A DNA stretch of 63,734 nt, the filler included, from Diploschistes diacapsis (taxonomy: Eukaryota): assembly GCA_023645945.1 (NCBI GenBank). It is 17 parts of 17 records of this genome, joined end to end, with 100 filler letters (N's around TTAATTAATTAA, not from the genome) between each part and the next. Parts side by side here need not be neighbours in the genome. Positions count along the whole stretch, not along the records: positions 12,157 to 14,483 come from JALAIB010002258.1; positions 14,584 to 16,909 come from JALAIB010002259.1; positions 17,010 to 41,999 come from JALAIB010000226.1; 14 more parts are not named here. One strand, given 5' to 3'. The translations under genes were made by a program, and so were the position numbers. Position 1 is the first letter of the stretch, and every line of letters starts with the position of its first letter. The notes under the pieces are model-generated. The model was not told the DNA's origin and did not search any database. It saw only the letters and a program-made list of their open reading frames with translations. This document shows, in pieces, positions 13,116-25,518 of the stretch.

Positions 13116-13875
13116 TTAGAGAACGCATCGTGGATGTTGCTGGCAAACGCAAACTTTCTTGACCCAGCAAGGCTTTCGCCTTTCATTTGAGCGATGTGTT
13201 TCGATCACCAAATGCTGCGGGTTGCAGCATCTCCGTTGATGACAGAGGTGGGAAGCTTCCCACAGAAGCACTAGCATAGCGACGTTCTGCTCATGCGAGC
13301 CCCATGCTCTGATGGCCAGCCTATGCACGCTTTGCGTTTTCGTTAACCCGCGGGGGTTGAGAACATTATTTACCGGCGGCTTAACCGTACAGTAGGTTCT
13401 ACTGTTCTCCGGTTTGGCTAACCAGCAGCCACCGCTAGTTGTCAAGGCTTCTGATGTGGGTCGGATACGGCTTGGCCTCCGCACGCCTGTCAGAACTTTT
13501 ACCACCATGTAGGAGGCAAGTTCTGGCGTGTATTGCGCCAGTTCTTTGCCGCTCGGACTTAGAATATCTTTAATTGGTATAGGCAGCGAGGGGCGTGGGA
13601 ATGTAGTTCGGGATTTGCGTATGTTTCTGGGCTGTTGCTTCGCAGAGTCTGGGAATGGAATGGTGCTCCGAACCGTATCAGAATAGGCTAGATTGAATAA
13701 TCGAAGGAAGGACGGAAAATAACTTTTGTGTGAAACTATCGATGATTAAATTAAATTCTTAGAGTGTGTGTGGTTTTATGTATTGCAGAGTACCTTGGTT
13801 AGACCTCCGCCGTTTTCCGGAGCATGAATATTCAATGATCCCACTCGTGCTTTCGTCCCCGAGAAACCGTCTCAT
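13116..13875 (-). CDS. His-Cys box (I-PpoI-like, His-Me finger) endonuclease-domain protein; core ORF 13116-13508, tentative upstream exon 13875-13794 with intron 13793-13688
   Basis: GCW...SVHRL...EASHLCHQRRCCNPQHLVIETHRSNERRKPC...CVCQQHPRC reproduces the spacing of the I-PpoI SHLCHxxxCxNPxHL(x7)N(x5)C motif. The frame stays open 79 codons upstream of the ORF ATG, and a phase-1 splice to MRRFLG...KRRRSNQ is in frame. The 5' model is tentative. Confidence 0.8.
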
Positions 13876-14189
13876 GCCGTAGATACAATGCTTAAGAAAA
13901 GTAGAGGTATGATTAGGAAGAACGGATGCTCTATTGCTTGATAGACGCGAACATTTATACTATGATAGAAGTATGAGCAGGAAGGATAGATGATTTGATA
14001 CTTTCTGAAGGTAAAGATTCAAACCGGATGGTTGAAGTAAATAAGCAGAAACGAAAGATGCTCACTGTATTATGAAAGACGAAAATTAAGATACCATGGT
14101 AGAGACACGAAGCCCAATGGGTAACAGATGATCGCCCCTACGCTAGCGGGCAATAATGATAAAATCCTGCTTTTTATAGACTAATGTAG

Positions 14190-14424
14190 TATAAACATAA
14201 AAGTAGGCCGTAGACTTGGTGGGGGTGGTCCCCACAGGGCAGCTCCATTTAAGGAGGCCTGCTAGGTAGCTCTAGACAATCAATGCATCCTACACCTCAC
14301 AAATATCTTATCTAGGTATACTATTGACTACGAAATCATATTACATTCCTTTATTATATCATTTACGACTATTTATCTATGATAATAAAAGAAGTTTCCC
14401 TCGACAGCGCGTCTTATCTTTATA
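14190..14424 (+). repeat. LTR family D copy (5' LTR plus start of the internal region)
   Basis: Same sequence and same downstream flank (AAGGACCCTTC...) as 53518-53753. Confidence 0.8.
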
Positions 14425-14583
14425 ATGGAAATTAATCTCAAGACTTATCTAAGGACCCTTCTACATCTTACGAAAGATAAGGANNNNNNNNNNNNNNNNN
14501 NNNNNNNNNNNNNNNNNNNNNNNNNNNTTAATTAATTAANNNNNNNNNNNNNNNNNNNNNNNNNNNNNNNNNNNNNNNNNNNN

Positions 14584-16909
14584 GCGTAATTTATTTCGAT
14601 AATATTTTAATATATTTAAAAAACGTCGAGAAATACGCGGGATATCTCCGGTTTATATTTAAAAGATTACGAGACTTCGAGTTATACGCGAATTATAAGT
14701 AATACGAGTTCTTTATATAGAAGCTCGAGTTCTTAGGGTATATTATTTCTATTAAAGGGATTAAAATGGTCCCTATTAGGGTATAAACCGTGGTCGATTG
14801 GCCTATATTTATTACTTTTCGAGAAGTTTAAGTTTTTTTAGGTTTTTATAATTTTTATAAAAGATTTATTTATATATATTTTAGAATAGTAAATCTCTTA
14901 ACTGACCTATTATAAAATAATAAGGACGGGAAGAAATCCGGACTTTTATCGTAGGGCGATCGGTAGCAGGCCGCGTTTAAAGAGTTAATGGTTAATTTTA
15001 CTCGAGTATCTATATTTATACATTATGATTTAGAAGTTTATATCCGAATAAAGACCGATGCGTTTAATTTTATTATAATAGCGATTATATATTAGTTAAT
15101 AATTACGGACGGAATATGGTATCCCGTCGCTTTCAGGTCGAAGAAAATGATTCCCGCCGAAAGAAATTATGAAACCCACGATCAAGAATTATTGGCTATT
15201 ATGGAAGCTTTTAAACATTAGAGGCATTATCTGAAAGACGTCCGGCATGCTATCGAAATCTTACGGACTATAATAACTTAAAGGGTTTTATAGATTAAAA
15301 CTTTTTGACCGGTAGGTAAGTAAGGTGGGCAGTACGTCTAACTTCTTTTAATTTTATTATCACGCATCGCCCCGGGAAGATAAATCCTGCCGATACATCG
15401 TCACGGAAATCAAATTATTACGAAACGGATTATTAAATTAATAAATTATTATTTATCTTAAAATAAAAGTTTATTAAATTAAATAAGTTATTCGTTATAT
15501 TATACCGAAGTATGTCCGATATAATATTACAGGCTTTACGTAAGGGCGCCGCGATGTTATAAGAATTTAAAGAACTCCGCTTTAAGCTAAAAAACCCGGA
15601 AAACGAGGACGACGGTAATATATCGCAGGTCTATCACAGGTTAATAAAAACGCTGCCTAATTATAAAGGCTTAAATATAATATTATTAGCCCTTAATATA
15701 CCTAAGTTAGAACATCCGGAAAACGAGAATAACGATCGAATACCGTAAATCTATCGTAAGTTAGTTAAAACGCTGCCTACTTAAGAAAAGTTAATAATAA
15801 AATACCTACTTATCCCGCGAGTATTCGTGAAAGATATTACGAGACGAGAACCTACCGATACCTTACTTACGAAGAAGCTGCTCGACTTAATACGTATTCT
15901 ATATACAGCGGACGGTTTTATTAAAAAAAATATTTTTTCTATCGCAGCTTATCCGTACTGGTGTCGCAGTTAAAACGGTATAGTATTATGATAATATAGA
16001 ATTATTATATCATAAAAACCGCATATACGTTCTAAAGAACGACGGTATTAAATCAAAATTCTTACGTTTAATTTACGATTATAAATTATCGGGTTATTAT
16101 GGCGGGGAACGTATTTACGAGCTTATAACCCGAAATTTTTATTAAAAAAACATACGGGGATATATTAATAAGTATATTAATAGCTATGATATCTATTAAC
16201 GGGTAAAAGTTTCCCGGTATAAGCCGTATAGAACGCTATATTCCCTTCGACTACCGTCCGTATCCTAAAAAGAAATCATATTAGATTTTATTATAGGGTT
16301 ATCTTTCAACAAAGACGTAACAGGGGTTATCGACGCGATCCTAATTATAATAAATAAATATACTAAAATAATAAAATATATCGCTATAATTAAATCGCTA
16401 ACGTCCGACGGGTTAACGACGATTATCTTACGGGATATTATTTTAAAACATAGCGCTTTTAATGATATTATATCCGACCGGGAGCCGGTATTAACCAACT
16501 AATATTAATCTCAATTTTACCGTGTTATATAGGCGAGACAGCGTTTAAGCACCGCTTTCCATCCGTAATCTGACGGATAAATAAAACGTCAAAATCAAAC
16601 GTTGAAACATTATTTCCGCATATTTTGTTACGAGGGCCAAGATGATTAACTAGAACTATTATTATTAATAAAATTTTTATATAATGCTACGTATAATTCG
16701 ACGATCAAAATAATCCCCTTTTATGTTTACTATAATTATAAGCCGAAAATCCATTTTAGCTTCAAGATCGAAGCCGATAAAAGGAAAATACCCGCTATTA
16801 AAGCGAAGGTCGACCGCATATAAGCCGCACGGGTCCAGCTTATAGAAAATATTAAACATACTTAAAAATAATAAAAGAAATACTTCGATCAAAAACATCT
16901 ATTTTATAC
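14584..16909 (+). mobile_element. RIP-degraded Ty3/Gypsy RT-RNaseH-integrase
   Basis: [44 protein letters not shown] and LSTAFHP motifs with many stops. Confidence 0.9.
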
Positions 16910-17825
16910 NNNNNNNNNNNNNNNNNNNNNNNNNNNNNNNNNNNNNNNNNNNNTTAATTAATTAANNNNNNNNNNNNNNNNNNNNNNNNNNNNNNNNNNN
17001 NNNNNNNNNTTTTTTTCTCTTTCTTTTTTGTGAGATTACAATATCAAGCCGAAAGGACGGCCGAGACTTCAAACCATAAATTCCGAGGGCGAACGGGGCG
17101 GTAGATGCCACCGATCAAAGTCCTTTCAAGTTGGGGATGACAAGCGAGCAAGCAAGGATGGGATAATCAACACGCTCGTTCAGTCAGATGTTACAGTGCC
17201 CAAAGTGCTCGCATCTTGAAGAACAAAAGCTGCTGGCCCGGTCGGGTCCATATGTTCCAAAAAAACAAAAACAGAAAGCTAAACAAGCATCGGCGAGTCC
17301 AATGCAATGTCGTAAGAACAAGAAGACCTCCTGGAGAGACGGGTGGTGTTGTTGTTGTTGCGCTGCTGCTGGGATGGCTGGCAAGGGCGAAGGCTCCCCC
17401 CCTTCCCCCGGCACCAAAAGGTCCATGGGCTCTTGTTGCAGGCAAGGCGGACACTCGAGGAATCGGGGTGACGAGCTTGGAAATAGTAAACATCAGACCG
17501 ATGGCGGGCCTGGGAAGAATAGGGTACCGGCGACGTCGAGACGCATGCATCACCTTGCAGACCTCTCTGGTGGAGGACGAGAAGACGAAAAGTCCGGATT
17601 GAAATGCATGGCCCGAGGTTCTTTTCTTCCCTTTTTCCCCCTTGCAGTCAGTCTGTGTCGAAATCCACGCCCCCCTTTTATCTGTGTCTTTCTCTCCTGA
17701 ATCGTGATGCTGCGTCTTGCCTGCTTTTTCTCTCCAATCTTGCACTTCATACTTGCAAACTGAGCTCCCACTTTCGGTCAGCATTTGGACCCTGGATTTC
17801 GAATCTGTGTAATTCGCACCACAGC

Positions 17826-18922
17826 ATGTCTTTCACCGCCCTCCCCGTGGAGCTGAAACAGATGATATGTGATTATGTAATGGTAGAGTGCGGTGAAGTT
17901 GTACATCTCGACTTCGCCGGAGTCCTGCCACAGGAAGGCTCTGATGTGGACGAAGATTTGGGAGCCAGCGATGGCTTGAGTATAATTGGGGAACCTTATG
18001 CAAGCAGTAAGTCAATCCGAGAAGCTAAAGAAACAGAACTTGCCTTGACAGCTATACCAATCTCGAGAAACAGAATAAGCAGTGGCTGACTGGTAGGTGT
18101 CGGCAGGTCCAGCAGATCCTCCCCTTTGCAGCACGGGTATCGGCCTCGAGACGCCAACTAAGCGCCTTTCGATAGCTGCGAGAGGAAACGACAACGCCCA
18201 GGACAAGGACAAGGCAGACCGCGCGAGAGCTGCTCGCAGATACCGTTCGAGGCTCGCACTTGCCGAAGCCTATCCTCCACTAGCCGAGTACTGCAGGGAG
18301 AGATTCGCGGAGAACAACGTATTTACCGTGGGAAGGGCAACGCTAATAAGCGACCTCCAAAAGTACACGCCCCAGATCCTGTCCGCATACCCAGCGGTGC
18401 AAATGATCAAAACCCTCACCCTGCACTTTGGCGGAAAAGCACGGGCCCTCTTCAAGGTAAGGTCTGGGCAGAGCTTGATCACGCGTCGACACGCTAACCT
18501 TGCTCAAGGACCGCGAGTATGCAAACACCTACCATCACATACCCTCCCTTGTGCGTCTCTTTCCGAGTGTTCAAGACCTGCGGCTGGTGTTCCCAGACCG
18601 ACGATGCCTTCCTGCCAACGATGGTCATCTATATGGAATTGCCCTACAAATGGGGAGGGCGATATACACCCCGCTGTGGCCATTTCCAGATGGCCCAATG
18701 CCTCAATCAAGGATACTTGGATGGGAAAATATTAGGAAGTTCCGTTGCCATAACAAGAGTTATGACATCGAGTGGATGCCCGTTTTGGACTCGTCAGGAT
18801 CGAGTGGGCGAACGCCTGTCGACATAAGATTGATAGCACGGGAACAGCACAGAGTGCTGAGAAAGAGATATGAAGAGCACGGGATCCAGAGGAGAAGACA
18901 AGGACAGCCAGCAGAAACATGA
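17826..18922 (+). CDS. Hypothetical protein with F-box-like N-terminus (exons 17826-18006, 18107-18456, 18509-18922)
   Basis: MSFTALPVELKQMICDYV start. Introns GTAAGT...GCTGAC...CAG and GTAAGG...GCTAAC...AAG join three ORF-track segments in frame. Confidence 0.7.
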
Positions 18923-20245
18923 GTTTGGCGCTGTTGGTAAAAGCATGTGAATAAAGGCAGCAACTGGTGGCATAACAAGCCTGTAACGGAAGAGGAGGAT
19001 AGGAAGGGGAAAGAGCCAAACAGTCTCACAGCATTTAGAAGCCAGAACCTGATGAACCTGAACTTAGGAGTCCCCACCCCAACGTGTCGTTGCCTAGGAC
19101 TTGCCCATTCCTCTTCGCTCTTATTCACTGTGCACCAGCCCCCTGCCTCTCTTCTCGGTCGATGCAAATATGCGACAAGTCGTAAATTCCCATTCCAGTA
19201 TCATCAACACTTCATCAGCGGCCCTCGAAAGCTGCATTTTCCTAGTAGAGTCCGTTTATGGGGACACGCAAATGTAGAGAGTTGGCTAATCCGACCGAGA
19301 CCTAATGTGTGTAAGATGCGAAAATGAAGTGGACATGGTTTGCGGAGAGGGAGCCGCTGTCTGATTTTTCTTCTCTCTTTCCAAAAACTTTCTCTCCAAA
19401 CGTACAGTACATAGCGAAAGCCAGTAACAACATGAGATATCTTGACAAGGATAAGCAGGAATTGGATGGAATACCGTCCGCTTTTCCACCTTGGTACATG
19501 AATCCAAGTTTAGGGCAGCATTCCGTAGGGTAGTCTTTCCAGCTATGTAGGTGGTACAGTGAAGAACCAAAGTTAATCAGGTCTTCTTTGTTGCACGATG
19601 AGCCTTTGCTGTGGATATGCAATTGCTTGTAGAACAGTACCGAGTGGGAGTAATTAACAGATTGGCAAAGTCATTGGCTTTTATCGTGCATCTTAAGGAC
19701 GTCTGCTTCAAACTGTGGGTCCTTTCGATGAAGCTCACAGCTCGCAGTGATCTGGACCTAAACTTTTGTCCAAGGCTTCAGTGAGTCTAGCAGTCTGTGT
19801 GCATCAAGAGGGCTCATTATAATCCTAAGTACCTAATCACAAACTCCGTGTATCTGTCATTCTGTGTGACTGCAATTAGAACAGCGGTAAAGAAAACAGA
19901 CAAGCAATAAGATCAGAGGGGACGCCATTCAACGAAGTTTACGTACCATATCCTGACCACCTTCTAGAGGACAATACCTCTTGCCACATAAAACTAGCTT
20001 TCGTGGAACAGCGGCGGGCGTTGAACGGCCGCACCTTTCGTAAAGTATCAGCAGAGCAGCCACCGTTCAATAGAAAGGAAGAGCATTTGTTGAATGTCGG
20101 GTAGAACAATATATATAGCTGGCCATGCCGCACGTGGAGATTCTTCTTCTTGATCATGGAGCAACCTCTTTAGCTATCTTCTTGCTTTTCTAGCACAGCA
20201 CTACAGAAGCTGTATTGGCTTCTCAGCGATCACTCACGGTTACCC

Positions 20246-21228
20246 ATGGCTTCTCAAGCCAACTACGCCGGACCAGCACCCCAAGTCTTTCTGTATGATC
20301 GTCTCCCACTCGATATCAAGTTGTTGGTGGTCAAGCATTCAGTCACCACTGGCAGTCCCATACAAGTAGGTCTGCGTACGATCCAGAAATATCACGGTAG
20401 GTAAAACTTCATTGTTGTTGAAGGAGGGGAGCTGGTTCTCGAGGTGGCTCCGCATGAAATCAAGCCCTCCCTGGCTTTTCATTTCTGCCTTGTTGGCCCC
20501 TAACAAGAGTAATTCGTCAAGTAATACAGCAACTGTAGCTGACCCTAGCAACATGCAGACAAGTTGTGGCGGTTTCGGTACGATCGGTCCTACCCAGTCA
20601 AAGTGAGGGAGGGCGAATCATACCCGGACGGAAGGGAGCAGGCCCACTGGCATTGTCGATGGCTGAAAAACGACAACCATGTCATAAAGTACGCATGGCT
20701 TCAACTAATAAGAAACAATGTCTTTACCGTGGGGGAAGTCCCGAGTGGCAGGCTCGTGGAGGCCGACTTCATCCACTCGACATACCCGGCCCTGAAGGAG
20801 ATCGAATCACTCAGAGTGGAATTTTGGGGTTGCGGACCGACTGCTTTCTGTTGGTCCCCTACATTGAGCTGAATTAATGTAATTCACCCCTAACGAAGCT
20901 GCAGCAAACTTCTGGCAGAAGGAGAGGATATGTCTTCCATCCTCTCGATGAATACGTGGACATATTCTCGAACGTGAGAAATCCGCACTTTGAAATCCGC
21001 ACCCGTGGAGCTTTTAAGGATGTTGATGATGAAGAAGGCCTTGAGAACAAGATTGGGTGTACATAGTACGGGTGGAATTTCCAAGATACTTGGCACGCCT
21101 CACTGCAGCCTTTGCTCCTCGAGTGGAAGAAACTGGAGAAGTTTACATACAGCCACTCCCGGTTCGGCAAAGACCTTGGCAAAATGCAAGATAGAGAATC
21201 ACAGCTCGCTGGGCAGCCTTTTTTTTAA
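20246..21228 (+). pseudogene. Diverged, probably pseudogenised paralog of the 17826-18922 gene
   Basis: YDRLPLDIKLLVV start. NNVFTVG...STYPALKEIESLRVEFWG aligns with NNVFTVG...SAYPAVQMIKTLTLHFGG, and LLEWKKLEKF with ILGWENIRKF. In-frame TAG at 21064-21066; no phase-0 donor at the conserved intron position. Confidence 0.6.
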
Positions 21229-21801
21229 ATCGGTGACATGTTGGCCGAAGCAGAAACGCTGGTAAAAAACAGCATGCAGTGATAGTGCAAAAAAGAAGAG
21301 AAGCATGCGATCACGATCGAAGTATTTTTACTGGCTTTTTTACTCGGTGCCACAAGCCTTGGCCTTCCTTGACAGACTAAACCTATCTACAGACAACCAA
21401 CACGGGGCATGCCGACCCACCTGCTCTGGAAGATTTTACTTCAAGACGCGGGAAGGGGGGGGAAGTTTATTAGCTCGACCTCGCCATTGGCCCTCCATAT
21501 CCAAAACACAGCTGCTGAGTGTGGCAGTAGTGGATAGACAGAGGGCAGATACACCTTCAATACATGGGAATAGATACCTGCGACGATTGCAATGCAATTG
21601 CCTACCCATCAAACTCTCTTATCCAGAGTAACAATATATACATTCTGGGTGTCCTCCAATTTCCTGGTTATAATACAGTGTATCGACCTGACCTGCTGTA
21701 CTTGTAAATGCAAACGCTGTCATCCAATCAATGCAAAAAGCTATGTGCAAGAATCCCCCATGGTTATTCCTTCTTCACCATCCCCTCTTTGCCGCCAACA
21801 C

Positions 21802-23767
21802 CTACTCCTCCCTGTCCTGTTGCTTAACCGGCCCAGCCCCCGTACTCGCCCTCTTCTCTCCCTCCAGCAGAATCTCGTGCCCGCTTCCGTTCCTAACCCA
21901 CAACGCCACCACCGCCCCACCACAGCTCACCAGCGCCACCATCCACCACGCCCAGCCCACCATGCCAGTCCTCAGACCATCAGCGAACCAGCGGCCCGCG
22001 ACCATCGGACCCACAGTGCGGAACGCGCTCGAGGTCGAACTGCCGAGCCCGTGTATCGTCGCCAGCACGGAGGGGTGGGGCGAGGAGTTGTTCAGCAAGA
22101 GGATGGAGGCCGGCAGTGCGAAGGTCCTTGCGGCAACCTGTAGGAACAGCACGACGCTGATACCCAGCCAGATCGGGATCCCGCCCGCTGGCTCCGGCGC
22201 GGCGGTGGAACTCGGCAGACGGGCCAAGAACGGCGTCAGGAAATACGCCAAGGGGAATAGGGCGAGGGACCATCGGAAGGAGCGGATCAGGCCGAGGCGG
22301 CGGGAGACTGTGGGGTAGAGGGTCAGTTGTAGCGTGATGCCGATGAGGCCGAGGATGGACATGGCCCAGCCGATGGTGGGAGGGGGAAAGGAGAGGCCGC
22401 CTGAGAATTCAAGGAGGGAGCGTGGGGGGAGCGAGGTGCGGGCTGTGGAGAGGAAGACGAGCCAAAGGGATGTAAATGCTCTGATTCGGTATTAGTTTGC
22501 GTTTCCCATCCAATTTCGGAAGGCGGCTACGTTTGGCTTACCCCATGTGGAAGTCAAACAAGGCAATAGAGGTGAGGGTGAACAGGACGTTCTTGGTGAA
22601 AATTTGGGAAAAGGGCAGTACTTGGCGCACAATCGGCGGCGGTGGGTCGGACATGTCCCTGGGCGGACGGGGCGAAAGCTCAATGTCGTCGCATGCCTTC
22701 GAGTCCCCGTCTGAGGGGACCTGTGAGTAGCCCCGGCGGCGGAAGAAGCAGTTCGAAACGAATGTGCTGATTGAGCGGCTAATTTCTCGGCCGTTGTCTC
22801 GCACATCGCGTCTGCTCTCCAGCGTCTCGAAAGCAACAAGATAGACAAGCAACGCCTCGCATACGCATACGAACGCGCTCAGTAGGCTCGGCGCCGCATA
22901 GGGGAAAGTCTGCATCCAGCTCACGCCCGTCTTGCCGCCGAATTTCGAGTCTGTGCCAAACAACTTGGGGTACAGCCCGACGGGGTTCGCCAACGCACCG
23001 CCGAAGATGGGTCCAAAGATATTGGCGACGTTAAATGCCAGCGGCAGGACAAGGAAGGCTCGGCTATGCCACGGCTTCGGCACGCTCTCTGCCAGCATCG
23101 TCCGCGCGGAGCCCACGGTGCCGTTCACTGCTCCTGCCAGACACCGCCAAGCTACCGCTGCGCCGAAACTCCGCGAAAAGCCAACACCGACACATGATAC
23201 TGCCGTCCCAAGGAAACCCAGGAGCAAGATTCGCTTCCGCCCGACGGTCGGGTAGTCTGCGATTCTACCGAGCAACAGCCCGGTGACGATTTGCGCCGAC
23301 GTGAAGGATCCGGTCAGCACGCCGGCTTGGTAAGATATGGTAGAGTCCGTAGCTTGGGGATCGAAGGAGCGTAGCTGGTGGAACATGACGGCCTGAAGGC
23401 ACGCCATCTGAAAGAAATCTGCGAAGCGCGAGAGGAACAGTACAAACACCTGCACTTTCCGCGGCATGTTAAGCCATGACGGTGGCGGTGGAGCGCCTGG
23501 CGCTGGTACTTTCGGGAGGACGGGGTTCTGTCCAGAAAGGCCGGCGGAGGGAAGTGGTATGGGAGCGACATTGCCGTTTGGTATGGAAATGGAGGCCTTT
23601 GGCGTGTGGCCCGGCGTGTTTCTGACCCCCATAGCCCCCATCTTGGGGTCCGCGCCCAAATCAGTCCCTAACTCTTTCTCTGTATACTCTGGAGGTATTT
23701 CTTCGACGACCACATCTGGTCTCCGTTTCACGAGGTCGTCGCTCTTTTCAAAATCTATCTCGGCCAT
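21802..23767 (-). CDS. MFS transporter (12-TM, ZIFL/YCR023C-like); exons 23767-22542 and 22480-21802
   Basis: Motif A-like GRIADYPTVGRKRILL, WRCLAGAVNG and many TM helices. GTAAGC...CTAAT...CAG intron 22541-22481 joins the two ORFs in frame. Confidence 0.9.
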
Positions 23768-24013
23768 GGTTAGTTGACTTTGCTCTCTTGACGATGTGTA
23801 TGGTTTGTTGTCTGAAGATTGACAGAGAGGAAAAGAGTGAGGGTGTAGGCAAAAGTATCTACCTTCTGCCGCCAATCATCGAATCCCAGAACTGTACCTA
23901 ACAATAATCGCTACGAGTATGTATGATCAAGCTGGCGGAGGTTTCACCAGACGGGGGCACCGCGCGAATGTCACCTAGAAGGTGAGGGCTCCTTCAAAAA
24001 AAAAGAGCCTTGC

Positions 24014-24649
24014 GCCAAGGGTCGTATGTAATGAACGAACGGTAAATTACAATACAGATTGAAACGCGAGTCGGCGAAAATGCTTGGCATTCCGTGCCTT
24101 GTTATCAAGAGACAAGTCAGGAATCTCCAAGTATTGGACAGCTGAAGTCTCCTTTGCTATCTTCAACTCTCAATTCCTTGTGCTGCATCAGGGATTCGAC
24201 CGCAATGGAAAACCTAAGTATAGGAGAAGGTAAAGGGTGGGGCTGAGACTTTGACAGTCGATTGGTCCGTCACGATGTCGGGTCTTCCGTTATTACCGTT
24301 GTAACATGCTGCGCAAATCCTGCCTGCTCCCCCCCTCCCATGAGGTTCTGGCATCCTTTTCTCCTTCTTCCCCAGTTGCTTCCAGTCTTGCCATTCGTCG
24401 CTTTTTAGAAAGGGCACTCACTGCAGGATTATAAGAGGCGAAAATACAAAGTGCCACTTAGCCCCGTAGAAGGATGTGCGGAAGGCCGCTAGAAGGTCGC
24501 CAAGCCTCCAAAAAGCGACAAACAGTAGGGAAGACGCCAAGATGCCGCCAAGACACCGCCAAGATACCGCCAAGCCACAATTACCGAAGACTTCTCCCCA
24601 CTCACACTGAGCGGCCACAGTTGGTTGTGAAATCTGGGCGAGTCTTGGC
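24014..24649. promoter_or_regulatory. Cluster of 8 GCCAAG (PacC consensus GCCARG) sites upstream of the MFS gene
   Basis: GCCAAG at 24014, 24499, 24536, 24547, 24558 and 24569; CTTGGC at 24083 and 24644. Confidence 0.5.
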
Positions 24650-25518
24650 GTATCGTCAGTCAGATTCTCAGTCACATGGCGCGATGCAACCCCCATGTAC
24701 CTGACAAGCAGGTCCGTTGGATTCTGCAAGTGGAGAACCTCTCGTTATGGTATTAACTCCACAGGATGCAGGAAATAGAGCTGGGTGGTGAGATGCACCT
24801 AACATGGGTCCGAGTCGGTCTGGTGACAGCGTACTGATAGGGAGTCTAGAAATATCCATTGGACTTCTGACATTGTACCTGCAGCAGCCCTAGCGGCGGA
24901 GGCTACCGCGTGCACCCATATCCCTACCCCTATCCCCGTACAGAGCTATGATATCAGTGGCAGGGCGATAGCTTTACAAAATAGGGGTAGGAGGAGGGGG
25001 CGGGCTGCTGATACGTTTGCAGGGACCAAGACGGTCACTGGCCCGTGGTGAAGACCACACAAAATCCTGCAATCCGATTCACCGCTGGCCCCGTTGACGG
25101 CGTGCAAATCAGTTGTCCTATCCTTGGTCTTCAATCCTGTGACCATGCACGTTCAGATGTTACCGCCGTCGAAGGCCCCATCGCACCCTTCTCGCCTGTT
25201 CTCGCTTAGTCGTACCCCTGAGTCCCTAACTTCGTCTCCCTTGTCTTGATATAATTGCTTATCGAAGCTTGCTCGAACCCCGCACGGCCATAGCTTCGAA
25301 GTCCCTTGGACTGCCGGTGGTCGCTCGAAGAGATCTGGCTCGTCCGAAGGGCCGAAGCTATGTTGAAGCCCCGAGGCCTTAAGCATGTAAATATAGCAGG
25401 GGTTTCGTTGTGGGACTGATTATCATTATGAAATTATGTAACTATGTACAATCCTAAACCCGAACCTGGCTATCTTTCTTTCTTTCTCCTGTCCTTTCAG
25501 GGGCGAGCGATTTGTCGA

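Noticed and set aside
17184..17784. Overlapping Cys-rich ORFs at the contig start (possible small secreted peptide)
   Set aside because: No signal peptide or consistent gene model; composition is driven by simple repeats (TGT, CAA, poly-A).
19286..19622. Several 70-106 aa ORFs between the two paralogs
   Set aside because: No recognisable motif or coherent exon structure.
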